Assembly (NCBI GenBank): GCA_964016885.1
Contig: OZ024742.1
Coordinates: forward strand, 346,332,001-346,396,000
DNA length: 64,000 nucleotides
Reading direction: 5' to 3'
DNA from: Eledone cirrhosa
Taxonomy: Eukaryota
Position 1 is the first letter of the stretch. Every line of letters begins with the position of its first letter. The position numbers and the translations under genes are program-made. Shown piece by piece: positions 1 through 14,669 of this stretch. Under the pieces are notes generated by a model. The model was given only the letters and a program-made list of their open reading frames with translations, was not told where the DNA came from and did no database searches.

Positions 1-3000
1 CTAAAACCTATATCATTAAAACGGAAGAGAGACCTTCGTGGTATGACTACGACCTATATCATTAAGACATCAGAGAAACCTTCGTGGTAGGACTACGACC
101 TATATCATTAAGACAGCAGAGAGACCTTCGTGGTAGGACTGTGACCTACATTATTAAAACAGCAGAGAGACCTTCGTGGTAGGACTGTGACCTATATTAT
201 TAAGACAGCAGAGAGACATTCGTGGTAAGACTAATTCCTATATTATTAAGACAGCAGAGAGACCTTCGTGGTAGGACTACGACCTATATCATTGGAACAT
301 CACAGAGACGTTCGTGGTAGGACTACGACGTATATCACGAAGACAGCAGAGAGACCTTCGTGGTAGTACTAAGATCTATATCATTAAGACAGCAGAGAGA
401 CCTTCGTGTTAGGAATACGCCCTATATCATTAAGACAGCAGAGAGACCTTCGTGGTAGGACTAAGACCTATATCATTAAGACAGCAGAGAGACCTTCGTG
501 GTAGGACTAAGACCTATATCATTAAGACAGCAGACAGACCTTCGTGGTAGAACTAAGACCTATATCATTAAGACTGGAGAAAGACTTTCGTGGTAGGACT
601 AAGATCTATATCATTAAGACATTAGTGAGACCTTCGTGGTAGGACTAAAACCTATATCATTAAAACGGAAGAGAGACCTTCGTGGTATGACTACGACCTA
701 TATCATTAAGACATCAGAGAAACCTTCGTGGTAGGACTACGACCTATATCATTAAGACAGCAGAGAGACCTTCGTGGTAGGACTGTGACCTACATTATTA
801 AGACAGCAGAGAGACCTTCGTGGTAGGACTGTGACCTATATTATTAAGACAGCAGAGAGACATTCGTGGTAAGACTAATTCCTATATTATTAAGACAGCA
901 GAGAGACCTTCGTGGTAGGACTACGACCTATATCATTGGAACATCACAGAGACGTTCGTGGTAGGACTACGACGTATATCACGAAGACAGCAGAGAGACC
1001 TTCGTGGTAGTACTAAGATCTATATCATTAAGACAGCAGAGAGACCTTCGTGTTAGGAATACGCCCTATATCATTAAGACAGCAGAGAGACCTTCGTGGT
1101 AGGACTAAGACCTATATCATTAAGACAGCAGAGAGACCTTCGTGGTAGGACTAAGACCTATATCATTAAGACAGCAGAGAGACCTTCGTGGTAGGACTAA
1201 GACCTATATCATTAAGACAGCAGAGAGACCTTCGTCGTAGGACTGCGACCTATATCATTAAGAAAGCTGAGGGACCTTCGTGGTAGGACTACGACCTATA
1301 TCATTAAGACAGCAGAGAGACCTTCGTGGTAGGACTAAGACCTATATCATTAAGACAGCAGAGAGACCTTCGTGGTAGGACTGTGACCTATATCATTAAG
1401 ACAGCAGAGAGAACTTCGTTGTAGGACTAAGACCTATATCATTAAGACAGTAGAGAGACCTTCGTGGTAGGACTACGACCTATATCATTAAGACAGCAGA
1501 GAGACCTTCGTGGTAGGACTAAGATCTATATCATTAAGACAGGAGAGAAACTTTCGTGGTAGGACTAAGACCTATATCATTAAGACAGCAGAGAGACCTT
1601 CGTGGTAGGACAACGACCTATATCATTAAGACAGCAGAGAGACCTTCGTGGTAGGACTAAGACCTATATCATTAAGACAGCAGAGAGACCTTCGTGTTAG
1701 GACTAAGACCTATATCATTAAGACATCAGAGAAACCTTCGTGGTAGGACTAAGACCTGTATCATTAAGACAGGAGAGAGACATTCGTGGTTGGACTGCGA
1801 CCTATATCATTAAGACAGCAGAGAAACCTTCGTCGTAGGACTGCGACCTATATCATTAAGACAGCAGAGAGAACTTCGTGGCAGGACTACGACCTATATC
1901 ATTAAGACAGAAGAGAGACCTTCGTGGTAGGACTAAGACCTATATCATTAAGACAGCAGAGAGACCTTCGTGGTAGGACTGTGACCTATATCATTAAGAC
2001 AGCAGAGAGAACTTCGTTGTAGGACTAAGACCTATATCATTAAGACAGTAGAGAGACCTTCGTGGTAGGACTACGACCTATATCATTAAGACAGTAGAGA
2101 GACCTTCGTGGTAGGACTAAGATCTATATCATTAAGACAGGAGAGAAACTTTCGTGGTAGGACTAAGACCTATATCATTAAGACAGCAGAGAGACATTCG
2201 TGGTAGGACAACGACCTATATCATTAAGACAGCAGAGTGACCTTCGTGGTAGGACTAAGACCTATATCATTAAGACAGCAGAGAGACCTTCGTGGTAGGA
2301 CTGTGACCTATATCATTAAGACAGCAGAGAGACCTCCGTGGTAAGACTGTGACCTAGATTATTAAGACAGCAGAGAGACATTCGTGGTAAGACTAATTCC
2401 TATATTATTAAGACAGCAGAGAGACCTTCGTGGTAGGACTACGACCTATATCATTGGGACATCACAGAGACGTTCATGGTAGGACTACGACGTATATCAT
2501 GAAGACAGCAGAGAGACCTTCGTGGTAGTACTAAGATCTATATCATTAAGACATCAGAGAGACCTTCGTGTTAGGATTACGCCCTATATCATTAAGACAG
2601 CAGAGAGACCTTCGTGGTAGGACTAAGACCTATATCATTAAGACAGCAGAGAGACCTTCGTGGTAGGACTAAGACGTATATCATTAAGACAGCAGAGAGA
2701 CCTTTTTGGTATGACTACGACCTATATCATTAAGACAGCAGAGAGACCTTCGTGGTAGGACTAAGACCTATATCATTAAGACAGCAGAGAGACCTTCGTG
2801 GTAGGACTACAATCTATATCATTAAGACAGCTGAGGGACCTTCGTGGTAGGACTACGACCTATATCATTAAGACAGCAGAGAGACCTTCGTGGTAGGACT
2901 AAGACCTATATCATTAAGACAGCAGAGAGAACTTCGTTGTAGGACTAAGACCTATATCATTAAGACAGTAGAGAGACCTTCGTGGTAGGACTACGACCTA

Positions 3001-6000
3001 TATCATTAAGACAGCAGAGAGACCTTCGTGGTAGGACTAAGATCTATATCATTAAGACAGGAGAGAAACTTTCGTGGTAGGACTAAGACCTATATCATTA
3101 AGACAGCAGAGAGACCTTCGTGGTAGGACAACGACCTATATCATTAAGACAGCAGAGAGACCTTCGTGGTAGGACTAAGACCTATATCATTAAGACAGCA
3201 GAGAGACCTTCGTGGTAGGACTAAGACCTATATCATTAAGACAGCAGAGAGACCTTCGTGGTAGGACTAAGACCTATATCATTAAGACAGGAGAGAAACT
3301 TTCGTGGTAGGACTAAGACCTATATCATTAAGACAGCAGAGAGACCTTCGTGGTAGGACTACGACCTATATCATTAAGACATCAGAGAAACTTTCGTGGT
3401 AGGACTACGACCTATATCACTAAGACATCAGAGAGACCTTCGTGGTTGGACTAAGACCTATATCATTAAGACAGCAGAGAGACATTTGTGTTAGGACTAC
3501 GACCTATATCATTAAGTCAGCAGAGAGACCTTCGTGGTAGGACTAAGACCTCTATCATTAAGACAGGAGAGAGACCTTTGTGGTATGACTACGACCTATA
3601 TCATTAAGACAGCAGAGAGACCTTCGTGGTAGTACTAAGAACTATATCATTAAGACAGCAAAGAGACCTTCATGGTAGGACTATGACCTATATTATTAAG
3701 ACAACAGAGAGACTTTCGCGGCAAGACTAAGACCTGTATCATTAAGACATCAGAGAGACCATCGTGGTAAGACTAAGACCTATATCATTAAGACAGCAGA
3801 GAGACCTTCGTGGTACGACTGCGACCTATATCATTAAGACTGGAGAGAAACTTTCGTGGTAGGACCTAGACCTATATCATTAAGACAGCAGAGAGACCTT
3901 CGTGGTAGGACTACGACCTATATCATTAAGACAGCAGAGAGACCTTCGTGGTAGGACTAAGATCTATATCATTAAGACAGGAGAGAGACATTCGTGGTAG
4001 GAATACGACCTATATCAATAAGACATAAGAGAAACCTTCGTGGTAGGACTAAGACCTATATCATTAAGACAGCAGAGAGACATTCGTGGTAGGATTAAGA
4101 CATTTATCATTAAGACAGCCGAGAGACCTTCGTAGTAGGACTACGACCTATATCATTAAGACATCAGAGAAACCTTCGTGGTAGGACTAAGACCTGTATC
4201 ATTAAGACAGGAGAGAGACCTTCGTGGTTGGACTGCGACCTATATCATTAAGACAGCAGAGAAACCTTCGTGGTAGGACTACGACCTATATCATTAAGTC
4301 AGCAGAGAGACCTTCGTGGTAGGACTAAGACCTCTATCATTAAGACAGGAGAGAGACCTTTGTGGTATGACTACGACCTATATCATTATGACAACAGAGA
4401 GACTTTCGCGCTAAGGCTATGACCTGTATCATTAAGACATCAGAGAGACCTTCGTGGTAAGACTAAGACCTATATCCTTAAGACAGCAGAGAGACCTTCG
4501 TGGTAGGACTAAGACCTATATCATTAAGACAGCAGAGAGACCTTCGTGGTAGGACTAAGACCTCTATCATTAAGACAGCAGAGAGACCTTCGTGGTAGGA
4601 CTTCGACATATATCATTAAGACATCAGAGAAACCTTCGTGGTAGGACTAAGATCTATATCATTAAGTCAGCAGAGAGACCTTCGTGGTAGGACGAAGACC
4701 TATATCAGTAAGACAGCAGAGAAACATTCGTGGTACGAATAAGAGCTATACCATTAAGACAGCAGAGAGACCTTTGTGGTAGGACTAAGACCTATATCAG
4801 TAAGACAGCAGAGAGACCTTCGTGGTAGGACTACGACCTATATCATTATGACAACAGAGAGACTTTCGCGCTAAGGCTATGACCTGTATCATTAAGACAT
4901 CAGAGAGACCTTCGTGGTAAGACTAAGACCTATATCCTTAAGACAGCAGAGAGACCTTCGTGGTAGGACTAAGACCTATATCATTAAGACAGCAGAGAGA
5001 CCTTCGTGGTAGGACTAAGACCTCTATCATTAAGACAGCAGAGAGACCTTCGTGGTAGGACTTCGACATATATCATTAAGACATCAGAGAAACCTTCGTG
5101 GTAGGACTAAGATCTATATCATTAAGTCAGCAGAGAGACCTTCGTGGTAGGACGAAGACCTATATCAGTAAGACAGCAGAGAAACATTCGTGGTACGAAT
5201 AAGAGCTATACCATTAAGACAGCAGACAGACCTTTGTGGTAGGACTAAGACCTATATCAGTAAGACAGCAGAGAGACCTTCGTGGTAGGACGAAGACCTA
5301 TATCAGTAAGACAGCAGAGAAACATTCGTCGTACGAATAAGACCTATACCATTAAGACATCAGAGAGACCTTCGTGGTAGAACTACGACCTATATCATTA
5401 AGACAGCAGAGAGACCTTCGTGGTAGGACTAAGACGTATATCATTAAGACAGCAGAGAGACCTTTTTGGTATGACTACGACCTATATCATTAAGACAGCA
5501 GAGAGACCTTCGTGGTAGGACTAAGACCTATATCATTAAGACAGCAGAGAGACCTTCGTGGTAGGACTACAATCTATATCATTAAGACAGCTGAGGGACC
5601 TTCGTGGTAGGACTACGACCTATATCATTAAGACAGCAGAGAGACCTTCGTGGTAGGACTAAGACCTATATCATTAAGACAGCAGAGAGAACTTCGTTGT
5701 AGGACTAAGACCTATATCATTAAGACAGCAGAGAGACCTTCGTGGTAGGACAACGACCTATATCATTAAGACAGCAGAGAGACCTTCGTGGTAGGACTTC
5801 GACATATATCATTAAGACATCAGAGAAACCTTCGTGGTAGGACTAAGATCTATATCATTAAGTCAGCAGAGAGACCTTCGTGGTAGGACGAAGACCTATA
5901 TCAGTAAGACAGCAGAGAAACATTCGTGGTACGAATAAGAGCTATACCATTAAGACAGCAGAGAGACCTTTGTGGTAGGACTAAGACCTATATCAGTAAG

Positions 6001-9000
6001 ACAGCAGAGAGACCTTCGTGGTAGGACTACGACCTATATCATTATGACAACAGAGAGACTTTCGCGCTAAGGCTATGACCTGTATCATTAAGACATCAGA
6101 GAGACCTTCGTGGTAAGACTAAGACCTATATCCTTAAGACAGCAGAGAGACCTTCGTGGTAGGACTAAGACCTATATCATTAAGACAGCAGAGAGACCTT
6201 CGTGGTAGGACTAAGACCTCTATCATTAAGACAGCAGAGAGACCTTCGTGGTAGGACTTCGACATATATCATTAAGACATCAGAGAAACCTTCGTGGTAG
6301 GACTAAGATCTATATCATTAAGTCAGCAGAGAGACCTTCGTGGTAGGACGAAGACCTATATCAGTAAGACAGCAGAGAAACATTCGTGGTACGAATAAGA
6401 GCTATACCATTAAGACAGCAGACAGACCTTTGTGGTAGGACTAAGACCTATATCAGTAAGACAGCAGAGAGACCTTCGTGGTAGGACGAAGACCTATATC
6501 AGTAAGACAGCAGAGAAACATTCGTCGTACGAATAAGACCTATACCATTAAGACATCAGAGAGACCTTCGTGGTAGAACTACGACCTATATCATTAAGAC
6601 AGCAGAGAGACCTTCGTGGTAGGACTAAGACGTATATCATTAAGACAGCAGAGAGACCTTTTTGGTATGACTACGACCTATATCATTAAGACAGCAGAGA
6701 GACCTTCGTGGTAGGACTAAGACCTATATCATTAAGACAGCAGAGAGACCTTCGTGGTAGGACTACAATCTATATCATTAAGACAGCTGAGGGACCTTCG
6801 TGGTAGGACTACGACCTATATCATTAAGACAGCAGAGAGACCTTCGTGGTAGGACTAAGACCTATATCATTAAGACAGCAGAGAGAACTTCGTTGTAGGA
6901 CTAAGACCTATATCATTAAGACAGCAGAGAGACCTTCGTGGTAGGACAACGACCTATATCATTAAGACAGCAGAGAGACCTTCGTGGTAGGACTTCGACA
7001 TATATCATTAAGACATCAGAGAAACCTTCGTGGTAGGACTAAGATCTATATCATTAAGTCAGCAGAGAGACCTTCGTGGTAGGACGAAGACCTATATCAG
7101 TAAGACAGCAGAGAAACATTCGTGGTACGAATAAGAGCTATACCATTAAGACAGCAGAGAGACCTTTGTGGTAGGACTAAGACCTATATCAGTAAGACAG
7201 CAGAGAGACCTTCGTGGTAGGACGAAGACCTATATCAGTAAGACAGCAGAGAAACATTCGTCGTACGAATAAGACCTATACCATTAAGACATCAGAGAGA
7301 CCTTCGTGGTAGGACTAAGACCTATATCATTAAGACAGCAGAGAGACCTTCGTGGTAGGACTAAGACGTATATCATTAAGACAGCAGAGAGACCTTTTTG
7401 GTATGACTACGACCTATATCATTAAGACAGCAGAGAGACCTTCGTGGTAGGACTAAGACCTATATCATTAAGACAGCAGAGAGACCTTCGTGGTAGGACT
7501 ACAATCTATATCATTAAGACAGCTGAGGGACCTTCGTGGTAGGACTACGACCTATAACATTAAGACAGCAGAGAGACCTTCGTGGTAGGACTAAGACCTA
7601 TATCATTAAGACAGCAGAGAGAACTTCGTTGTAGGACTAAGACCTATATCATTAAGACAGTAGAGAGACCTTCGTGGTAGGACTACGACCTATATCATTA
7701 AGACAGCAGAGAGACCTTCGTGGTAGGACTAAGATCTATATCATTAAGACAGGAGAGAAACTTTCGTGGTAGGACTAAGACCTATATCATTAAGACAGCA
7801 GAGAGACCTTCGTGGTAGGACAACGACCTATATCATTAAGACAGCAGAGAGACCTTCGTGGTAGGACTAAGACCTATATCATTAAGACAGCAGAGAGACC
7901 TTCGTGGTAGGACTAAGACCTATATCATTAAAACAGCAGAGAGACCTTCGTGGTAGGACTAAGACCTATATCATTAAGACAGCAGAGAGACCTTCGTGGT
8001 AGGACTAAGACCTATATCATTAAGACAGGAGAGAAACTTTCGTGGTAGGACTAAGACCTATATCATTAAGACAGCAGAGAGACCTTCGTGGTAGGACTAC
8101 GACCTATATCATTAAGACATCAGAGAAACTTTCGTGGTAGGACTACGACCTATATCACTAAGACATCAGAGAGACCTTCGTGGTTGGACTAAGACCTATA
8201 TCATTAAGACAGCAGAGAGACCTTTGTGTTAGGACTACGACCTATATCATTAAGTCAGCAGAGAGACCTTCGTGGTAGGACTAAGACCTCTATCATTAAG
8301 ACAGGAGAGAGACCTTTGTGGTATGACTACGACCTATATCATTAAGACAGCAGAGAGACCTTCGTGGTAGTACTAAGAACTATATCATTAAGACAGCAAA
8401 GAGACCTTCATGGTAGGACTACGACCTATATTATTAAGACAACAGAGAGACTTTCGCGGCAAGACTAAGACCTGTATCATTAAGACATCAGAGAGACCAT
8501 CGTGGTAAGACTAAGACCTATATCATTAAGACAGCAGAGAGACCTTCGTGGTACGACTGCGACCTATATCATTAAGACTGGAGAGAAACTTTCGTGGTCG
8601 GACCTAGACCTATATCATTAAGACAGCAGAGAGACCTTCGTGGTAGGACTACGACCTATATCATTAAGACAGCAGAGAGACCTTCGTGGTAGGACTAAGA
8701 TCTATATCATTAAGACAGGAGAGAGACATTCGTGGTAGGAATACGACCTATATCAATAAGACATAAGAGAAACCTTCGTGGTAGGACTAAGACCTATATC
8801 ATTAAGACAGCAGAGAGACATTCGTGGTAGGATTAAGACATTTATCATTAAGACAGCCGAGAGACCTTCGTAGTAGGACTACGACCTATATCATTAAGAC
8901 ATCAGAGAAACCTTCGTGGTAGGACTAAAACCTGTATCATTAAGACAGGAGAGAGACCTTCGTGGTTGGACTGCGACCTATATCATTAAGACAGCAGAGA

Positions 9001-12000
9001 AACCTTCGTGGTAGGACTACGACCTATATCATTAAGTCAGCAGAGAGACCTTCGTGGTAGGACTAAGACCTCTATCATTAAGACAGGAGAGAGACCTTTG
9101 TGGTATGACTACGACCTATATCATTATGACAACAGAGAGACTTTCGCGCTAAGGCTATGACCTGTATCATTAAGACATCAGAGAGACCTTCGTGGTAAGA
9201 CTAAGACCTATATCCTTAAGACAGCAGAGAGACCTTCGTGGTAGGACTAAGACCTATATCATTAAGACAGCAGAGAGACCTTCGTGGTAGGACTAAGACC
9301 TATATCATTAAGACAGCAGAGAGACCTTCGTGGTAGGACTTCGACATATATAATTAAGACATCAGAGAAACCTTCGTGGTAGGACTAAGATCTATATCAT
9401 TAAGTCAGCAGAGAGACCTTCGTGGTAGGACGAAGACCTATATCAGTAAGACAGCAGAGACACATTCGTGGTACGAATAAGAGCTATACCATTAAGACAG
9501 CAGAGAGACCTTTGTGGTAGGACTAAGACCTATATCAGTAAGACAGCAGAGAGACCTTCGTGGTAGGACGAAGACCTATATCAGTAAGACAGCAGAGAAA
9601 CATTCGTCGTACGAATAAGACCTATACCATTAAGACATCAGAGAGACCTTCGTGGTAGGACTACGACCTATATCATTAAGACAGCAGAGAGACCTTCGTG
9701 GTAGGACTAAGACCTATATCATTAAGACAGCAGAGAGATTTCTTGGTAGGTCTACGACCAATATTATTATGTCAGAAGAGAGACCTTCGTGGTAGGACTA
9801 TGACCTATATCATTAAGACAGCAGAGAGACCTTCGTGGTAGGACTAAGACCTATATCATTAACACAGCAGAGACACCTTCGTGTTAGGACTACGCTCTAT
9901 ATCATTAAGACAGCAGAGAGACCTTCGTGGTAGGACTAAGACCTATATCATTAAGACAGCAGAGAGATTTCTTGGTAGGTCTACGACCAATATTATTATG
10001 TCAGAAGAGAGACCTTTGTGGTATGACTACGACCTATCTCATTAAGACAACAGAGAGACTTTCGCGGTAAGACTAAGACCTGTATCATTAAGACATCAGA
10101 GAGACCTTCGTGGTAGGACTAAGACCTATACCATTAAGACTTCAGAGAAACTTTCGTGGTAGGACTACGACCTATATCACTAAGACATCAGAGAAACCTT
10201 CTTGGTAGGTCTACGACCTATATTATTATGTCAGAAGAGAGACCTTCGTGGTAGGACTATGCCCTATATCATTAAGACAGCAGAGAGACCTTCGTGGTAG
10301 GACTTCGATATATATCATTAAGACATCAGAGAAACCTTCGTGGTAGGACTAAGATCTATATCATTAAGTCAGCAGAGAGACCTTCGTGGTAGGACTAAGA
10401 TCTCTATCATTAAGACAGGAGAGAGACCTTTGTGGTATGACTACGACCTATATCATTAAGACAGCAGAGAGACCTTCGTGGTAGGACTAAGACCTATATC
10501 ATTAAGACAGCAGAGAGACCTTCATAGTAGGACTACGACCTATATCATTAAGCCAACAGAGAGACTTTCGCGGTAAGACTAAGACCTGTATCATTAAGAC
10601 AGTAGAGAGCCCTTCGTGGTAGGACTACGACCTATATCATTAAGACAGCAGAGAGACATTCGTGGTAGGACTAAGATCTATATCATTAAGACAGGAGAGA
10701 AACTTTCGTGGTAGGACTAAGACCTATATCATTAAGACAGCAGAGAGACCTTCGTGGTAGGACTACGACCTATATCATTAAGACATCAGAGAAAGCTTCG
10801 TGGTAGGACTAAGATCTATATCATTAAGACAGGAGAGAGACCTTCGTGGTAGGACTACGACCTATATCATTAAGACAGCAGAGAAACCTTCGTGGTAGGA
10901 CTACGACCTATATCATTAAGACATCAGAGAAACCTTCGTGGTAGGATTAAGACCTATATCATTAAGACAGGAGAGAGACCTTCGTGGTTGGACTGCGACC
11001 TATATCATTAAGACATCAGAGAAACCTTCGTGGTAGGACTACGACCTATATCATTAAGACAGCAGAGAGACCTTCGTGGTAGGACTAAGACCTATAACAT
11101 TAAGACAGCAGAGAGACCTTCGTGGTAGGACTACGACCTATATCATTAAGACTGCTGAGGGACCTTCGTGGTAGGACTACGACCTATATCATTAAGACAG
11201 CAGAGAGACCTTCGTGGTAGGACTAAGACCTATATCATTAAGACAGCAGAGAGACCATCGTGGTAGGACAAAGACCTATATCATTAAGACAGCAGAGAGA
11301 CCTTCGTGGTAGGACTGTGACCTATATCATTAAGTCAGCAGAGAGAACCTCGTTGTAGGACTAAGACCTATATCATTAAGACAGTAGAGAGACCTTCGTG
11401 GTAGGACTACGACCTATATCATTAAGACAGCAGAGAGACCTTCGTGGTAGGACTAAGATCTATATCATTAAGACAGGAGAGAAACTTTCGTGGTAGGACT
11501 AAGACCTATATCATTAAGACAGCAGAGAGAACTTCGTGGTAGGACTAAGACCTATATCATTAAGACAGCAGAGAGAACTTCGTGGTAGGACTAAGACCTA
11601 TATCATTAAGACACCAGAGAGAACTTCGTGGTAGGACTAAGACCTATATCATTAAGACAGGCAGAGAGAACTTCGTGGTAGGACTAAGATCTATATCATT
11701 AAGACAGCAGAGAGACCTTCGTGGTAGGACTAAGACCTATATCATTAAGTCAGCAGAGAGAACTTCGTGGTAGGACTAAGATCTATATCATTAAGACAGC
11801 AGAGAAAACTTCGTGGTAGGACTAAGATCTATATCGTTAAGACAGCAGAGAGACCTTCGTGGTAGGACTAAGACATATATCATTAAGACATCAGAGAGAC
11901 CTTCGTGGTTGGACTAAGACCTATATCATTAAGACAGCAGAGAGACCTTTGTGTTAGGACTACGGCCTATATCATTAAGATAGCAGAGAGACCTTCGTGT

Positions 12001-12549
12001 TAGAACTACGACCTATATCATTAAGACAGCAGAGAGACCTTCGTGGTAGGACTAAGATCTATATCATTAAGACAGCAGAGAGAACTTCGTGGTAGGACTA
12101 CGACCTATATCATTAAGACAGCAGAGAAACCTTCGTGGTAGGACTACGACCTATATCATTAAGACAACAGAGAAAACTTCGTGGTAGGACTAAGACCTAT
12201 ATCATTAAGACAGCCGAGAGATCTTCGTGTTAGGACTACGACCTATATCATTAAGACAGCAGAGAGACCTTCGTGGTATGACTACGACCTATATAATTAA
12301 GACAACAGAGAGAGCTTCGTGGTAGGACTAAGATCTATATCATTAAGACAGCAGAGAGAACTTCGTGGTAGGACTGTGATGTATATCATTAAGACAGCAG
12401 AGAGACCTTCGTGGTAGGACTAAGACCTATATCATTAAGACAGCAGAGAGACCTTCGTGGTAGGACTGTGACCTATATCATTAAGACAACAGAGAGACCT
12501 TCGTGGCAGGACTAAGATCTATATCATTAAGACAGCAGAGAAACCTTCT
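1..12549. repeat. 46-bp tandem satellite array (about 270 monomers in window, open at left edge)
   Basis: Consensus GACCTATATCATTAAGACAGCAGAGAGACCTTCGTGGTAGGACTAA; phase recurs every 46 nt (e.g. cctatatcat at 421 and 467); ends abruptly near 12549. Confidence 0.98.
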
Positions 12550-12689
12550 ATGAGAGAGATTCGTATTGGGCCAGATAGACTTACATAAGTGTGAGCTGTT
12601 ATATCATTTTTTTTGTTTTCATATCATGATAGTAATACATTCAAATATATGTAAATTTGTTGATTTCCTTTATTATTACAAATTCTATT

Positions 12690-12878
12690 CGGTGGATTGG
12701 CAGTACCGGTAGAGTGTCGGATGCCATGCTTTGACGCATAGAGTTACGGCCCTTGCCATTCTGTGTTCAAATCCCCCCGAGTTTAACTTTGCCTTTCATC
12801 CTCACGGGGTCGATAAAATAAAGCACCAGTAATGCACTGGTTTAATTGCTGGCCTTTTGCCAAATGTAGAAACAATTG
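12690..12878 (+). mobile_element. tRNA-derived SINE, family 1
   Basis: Head ggtggattggcagt..., B-box-like gttcaaatccc, body ttgcctttcatcc..ggggtcgataaaataaag, tail gtagaaacaatt; many dispersed copies in this window. Confidence 0.85.
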
Positions 12879-13213
12879 TATTATTTTCTTTTTCTTTACA
12901 TTGTAAAGGGGTAAAGATCACCTTCGGTCATCAATGACCATGGGATTTCTACCTAGAAAGTTTCCGTCCGAGGCACAAGTCCAGACAAGGTTGTCTGTGG
13001 AAGACCAGAGTCACCACCCATACATATGCTCTCCCCTCACCACGTCACCGATATTGTTAGAGTTTTAATATTCATTTCACTAAGCCTAAACAGTAAGATA
13101 TATACATATATATTAGTGTGTGTGCGTGTGTGTGGGGGTGCGTGTGTGTGTGTGTGTATATACAACTATTTACCTTACAAATATATATTTACGTCACCTT
13201 AAATCGATGTCCA

Positions 13214-13769
13214 TCTAAACTATAATAAAGGAAGGTCTGCGGGACTGCGTACCGTTTATTTTTTTTTATCCCGTTAGTAAAATAAGTTGGATTACTTTGA
13301 ATAAATAATTGTTTCTATTTTAGGCACAAGGCTAGCAAATTCCTCAGTACATTACTAGTACTTTATTTTATCGAGACCGTAAAGATGAAAGGCAAAGTTA
13401 ACCTCGGCGGGATTTGAACTCAGATCATAAAGGGACGTAACTCTATGCTTCAAAGCATGGTGTCCGACTCTCTACCGATACTGCCAATCCACAATGAATG
13501 AATATTACATAATTTATCTACTAAATTTCGTAAACAAAATTAATTTCGTAAAAATAAATAATTTAAAATTGACTTCTTTTCAAAGCTGCACTTCCGGTAT
13601 ATCGTTGCCACCACCACCACCAAAGAGAGTGTGTGATGTGAACACTTCCGGTGGCGATTTTATTTGATGTATCATATCTACATGTATATATACTTGCGTA
13701 TAATATCAATATACACACTACACATGCTAGCAGAAAACCACCCCACCCGACAGGTGGTTGTTCTGCTAG
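13214..13769 (+). mobile_element. Non-autonomous Helitron family H1, interrupted by a minus-strand SINE at about 13308-13491
   Basis: A|TCTAAACTATAATAAAG 5' end; subterminal hairpin agcagaaaaccacc...ggtggttgttctg ending in CTAG; further copies at 13770, 17609 and 49703. Confidence 0.75.
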
Positions 13770-14305
13770 TCTAAACTATAATAAAGGGAGGAGCGCGGGA
13801 CTGCGTACAGTTTATTATCCCATTAGTAAAATAAGTTGGATTACTTTGAATAAATAATGAATGAATATTACATAATTTATCTACTAAATTTCGTGGCTGT
13901 TGATTAAATATATTTTGTTTATTTAAAGCTTCACTTCTTTAAAATTTCTGAAATGTCAACACTTCCGGTTGGCAATCGCCCAAATAAACACTAATTTTCT
14001 GTCTCTAATTTTCTCCTAATGCAGTTTATATATAATTGTTTCTACTTTAGGCACAAGGCCAGCAATTACCCAGTGCATTACTGGTACTTTATTTTATCGA
14101 ATATCGTCTATTTTAATGTATCATGGATTACGTTACTGATTAAATAAGACGGTGTAACACAGTCTTCGTTCAATTTCTGTGTATATTTTCAATTACGATT
14201 TTATTTGATGTATTATATCTACATGTATATATACATGCGTATAATATCAATATACACACTACACATGCCAGCAGAAAACCACCCGAAGGGTGGTTTTTCT
14301 GCTAG
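13770..14305 (+). mobile_element. Non-autonomous Helitron family H1, head-to-tail with the previous copy
   Basis: Junction CTAG|TCTAAAC at 13769/13770; ends ggtggtttttctgCTAG|T at 14305; contains a SINE fragment at about 14033-14100. Confidence 0.75.
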
Positions 14306-14669
14306 TTGCGTTAATAATTGAAAATATATATATGTATACATTCTATATATATGTATACGTCAGTAGACGCCGGAAAAATAACATTGAAAAATAAAATCGA
14401 AGAATAAAATCACGTGACGTCTGCGGAATATCAGGTAAAAATAACGTTTTTAATGTTATTTTTGTTTTGTGTTATTATTTTTGGCGACGTTTTTTGTTTG
14501 TTGATTCTTGTTTGGTCTTTTTAAAGTTTTGTGAAATTTTAGTTTTGTATATTCATCTCAGCTATTAATGTTATGAGCTATCGTCTGCTTTGAAATAAAG
14601 TTACTTTGTAGGCTAAATAGGTTTCTATGTATATAGGATTGTTTGTTTGTTTGTATGTATGTATGTATA

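Noticed and set aside
1-12549. 46-bp array as a CRISPR array or a hammerhead-bearing satellite
   Set aside because: There are no unique spacers and no cas genes, and the context is eukaryotic. The minus strand has CTTAATGA..CGAAGG and a 4-bp hairpin but no valid core or stems I and III.
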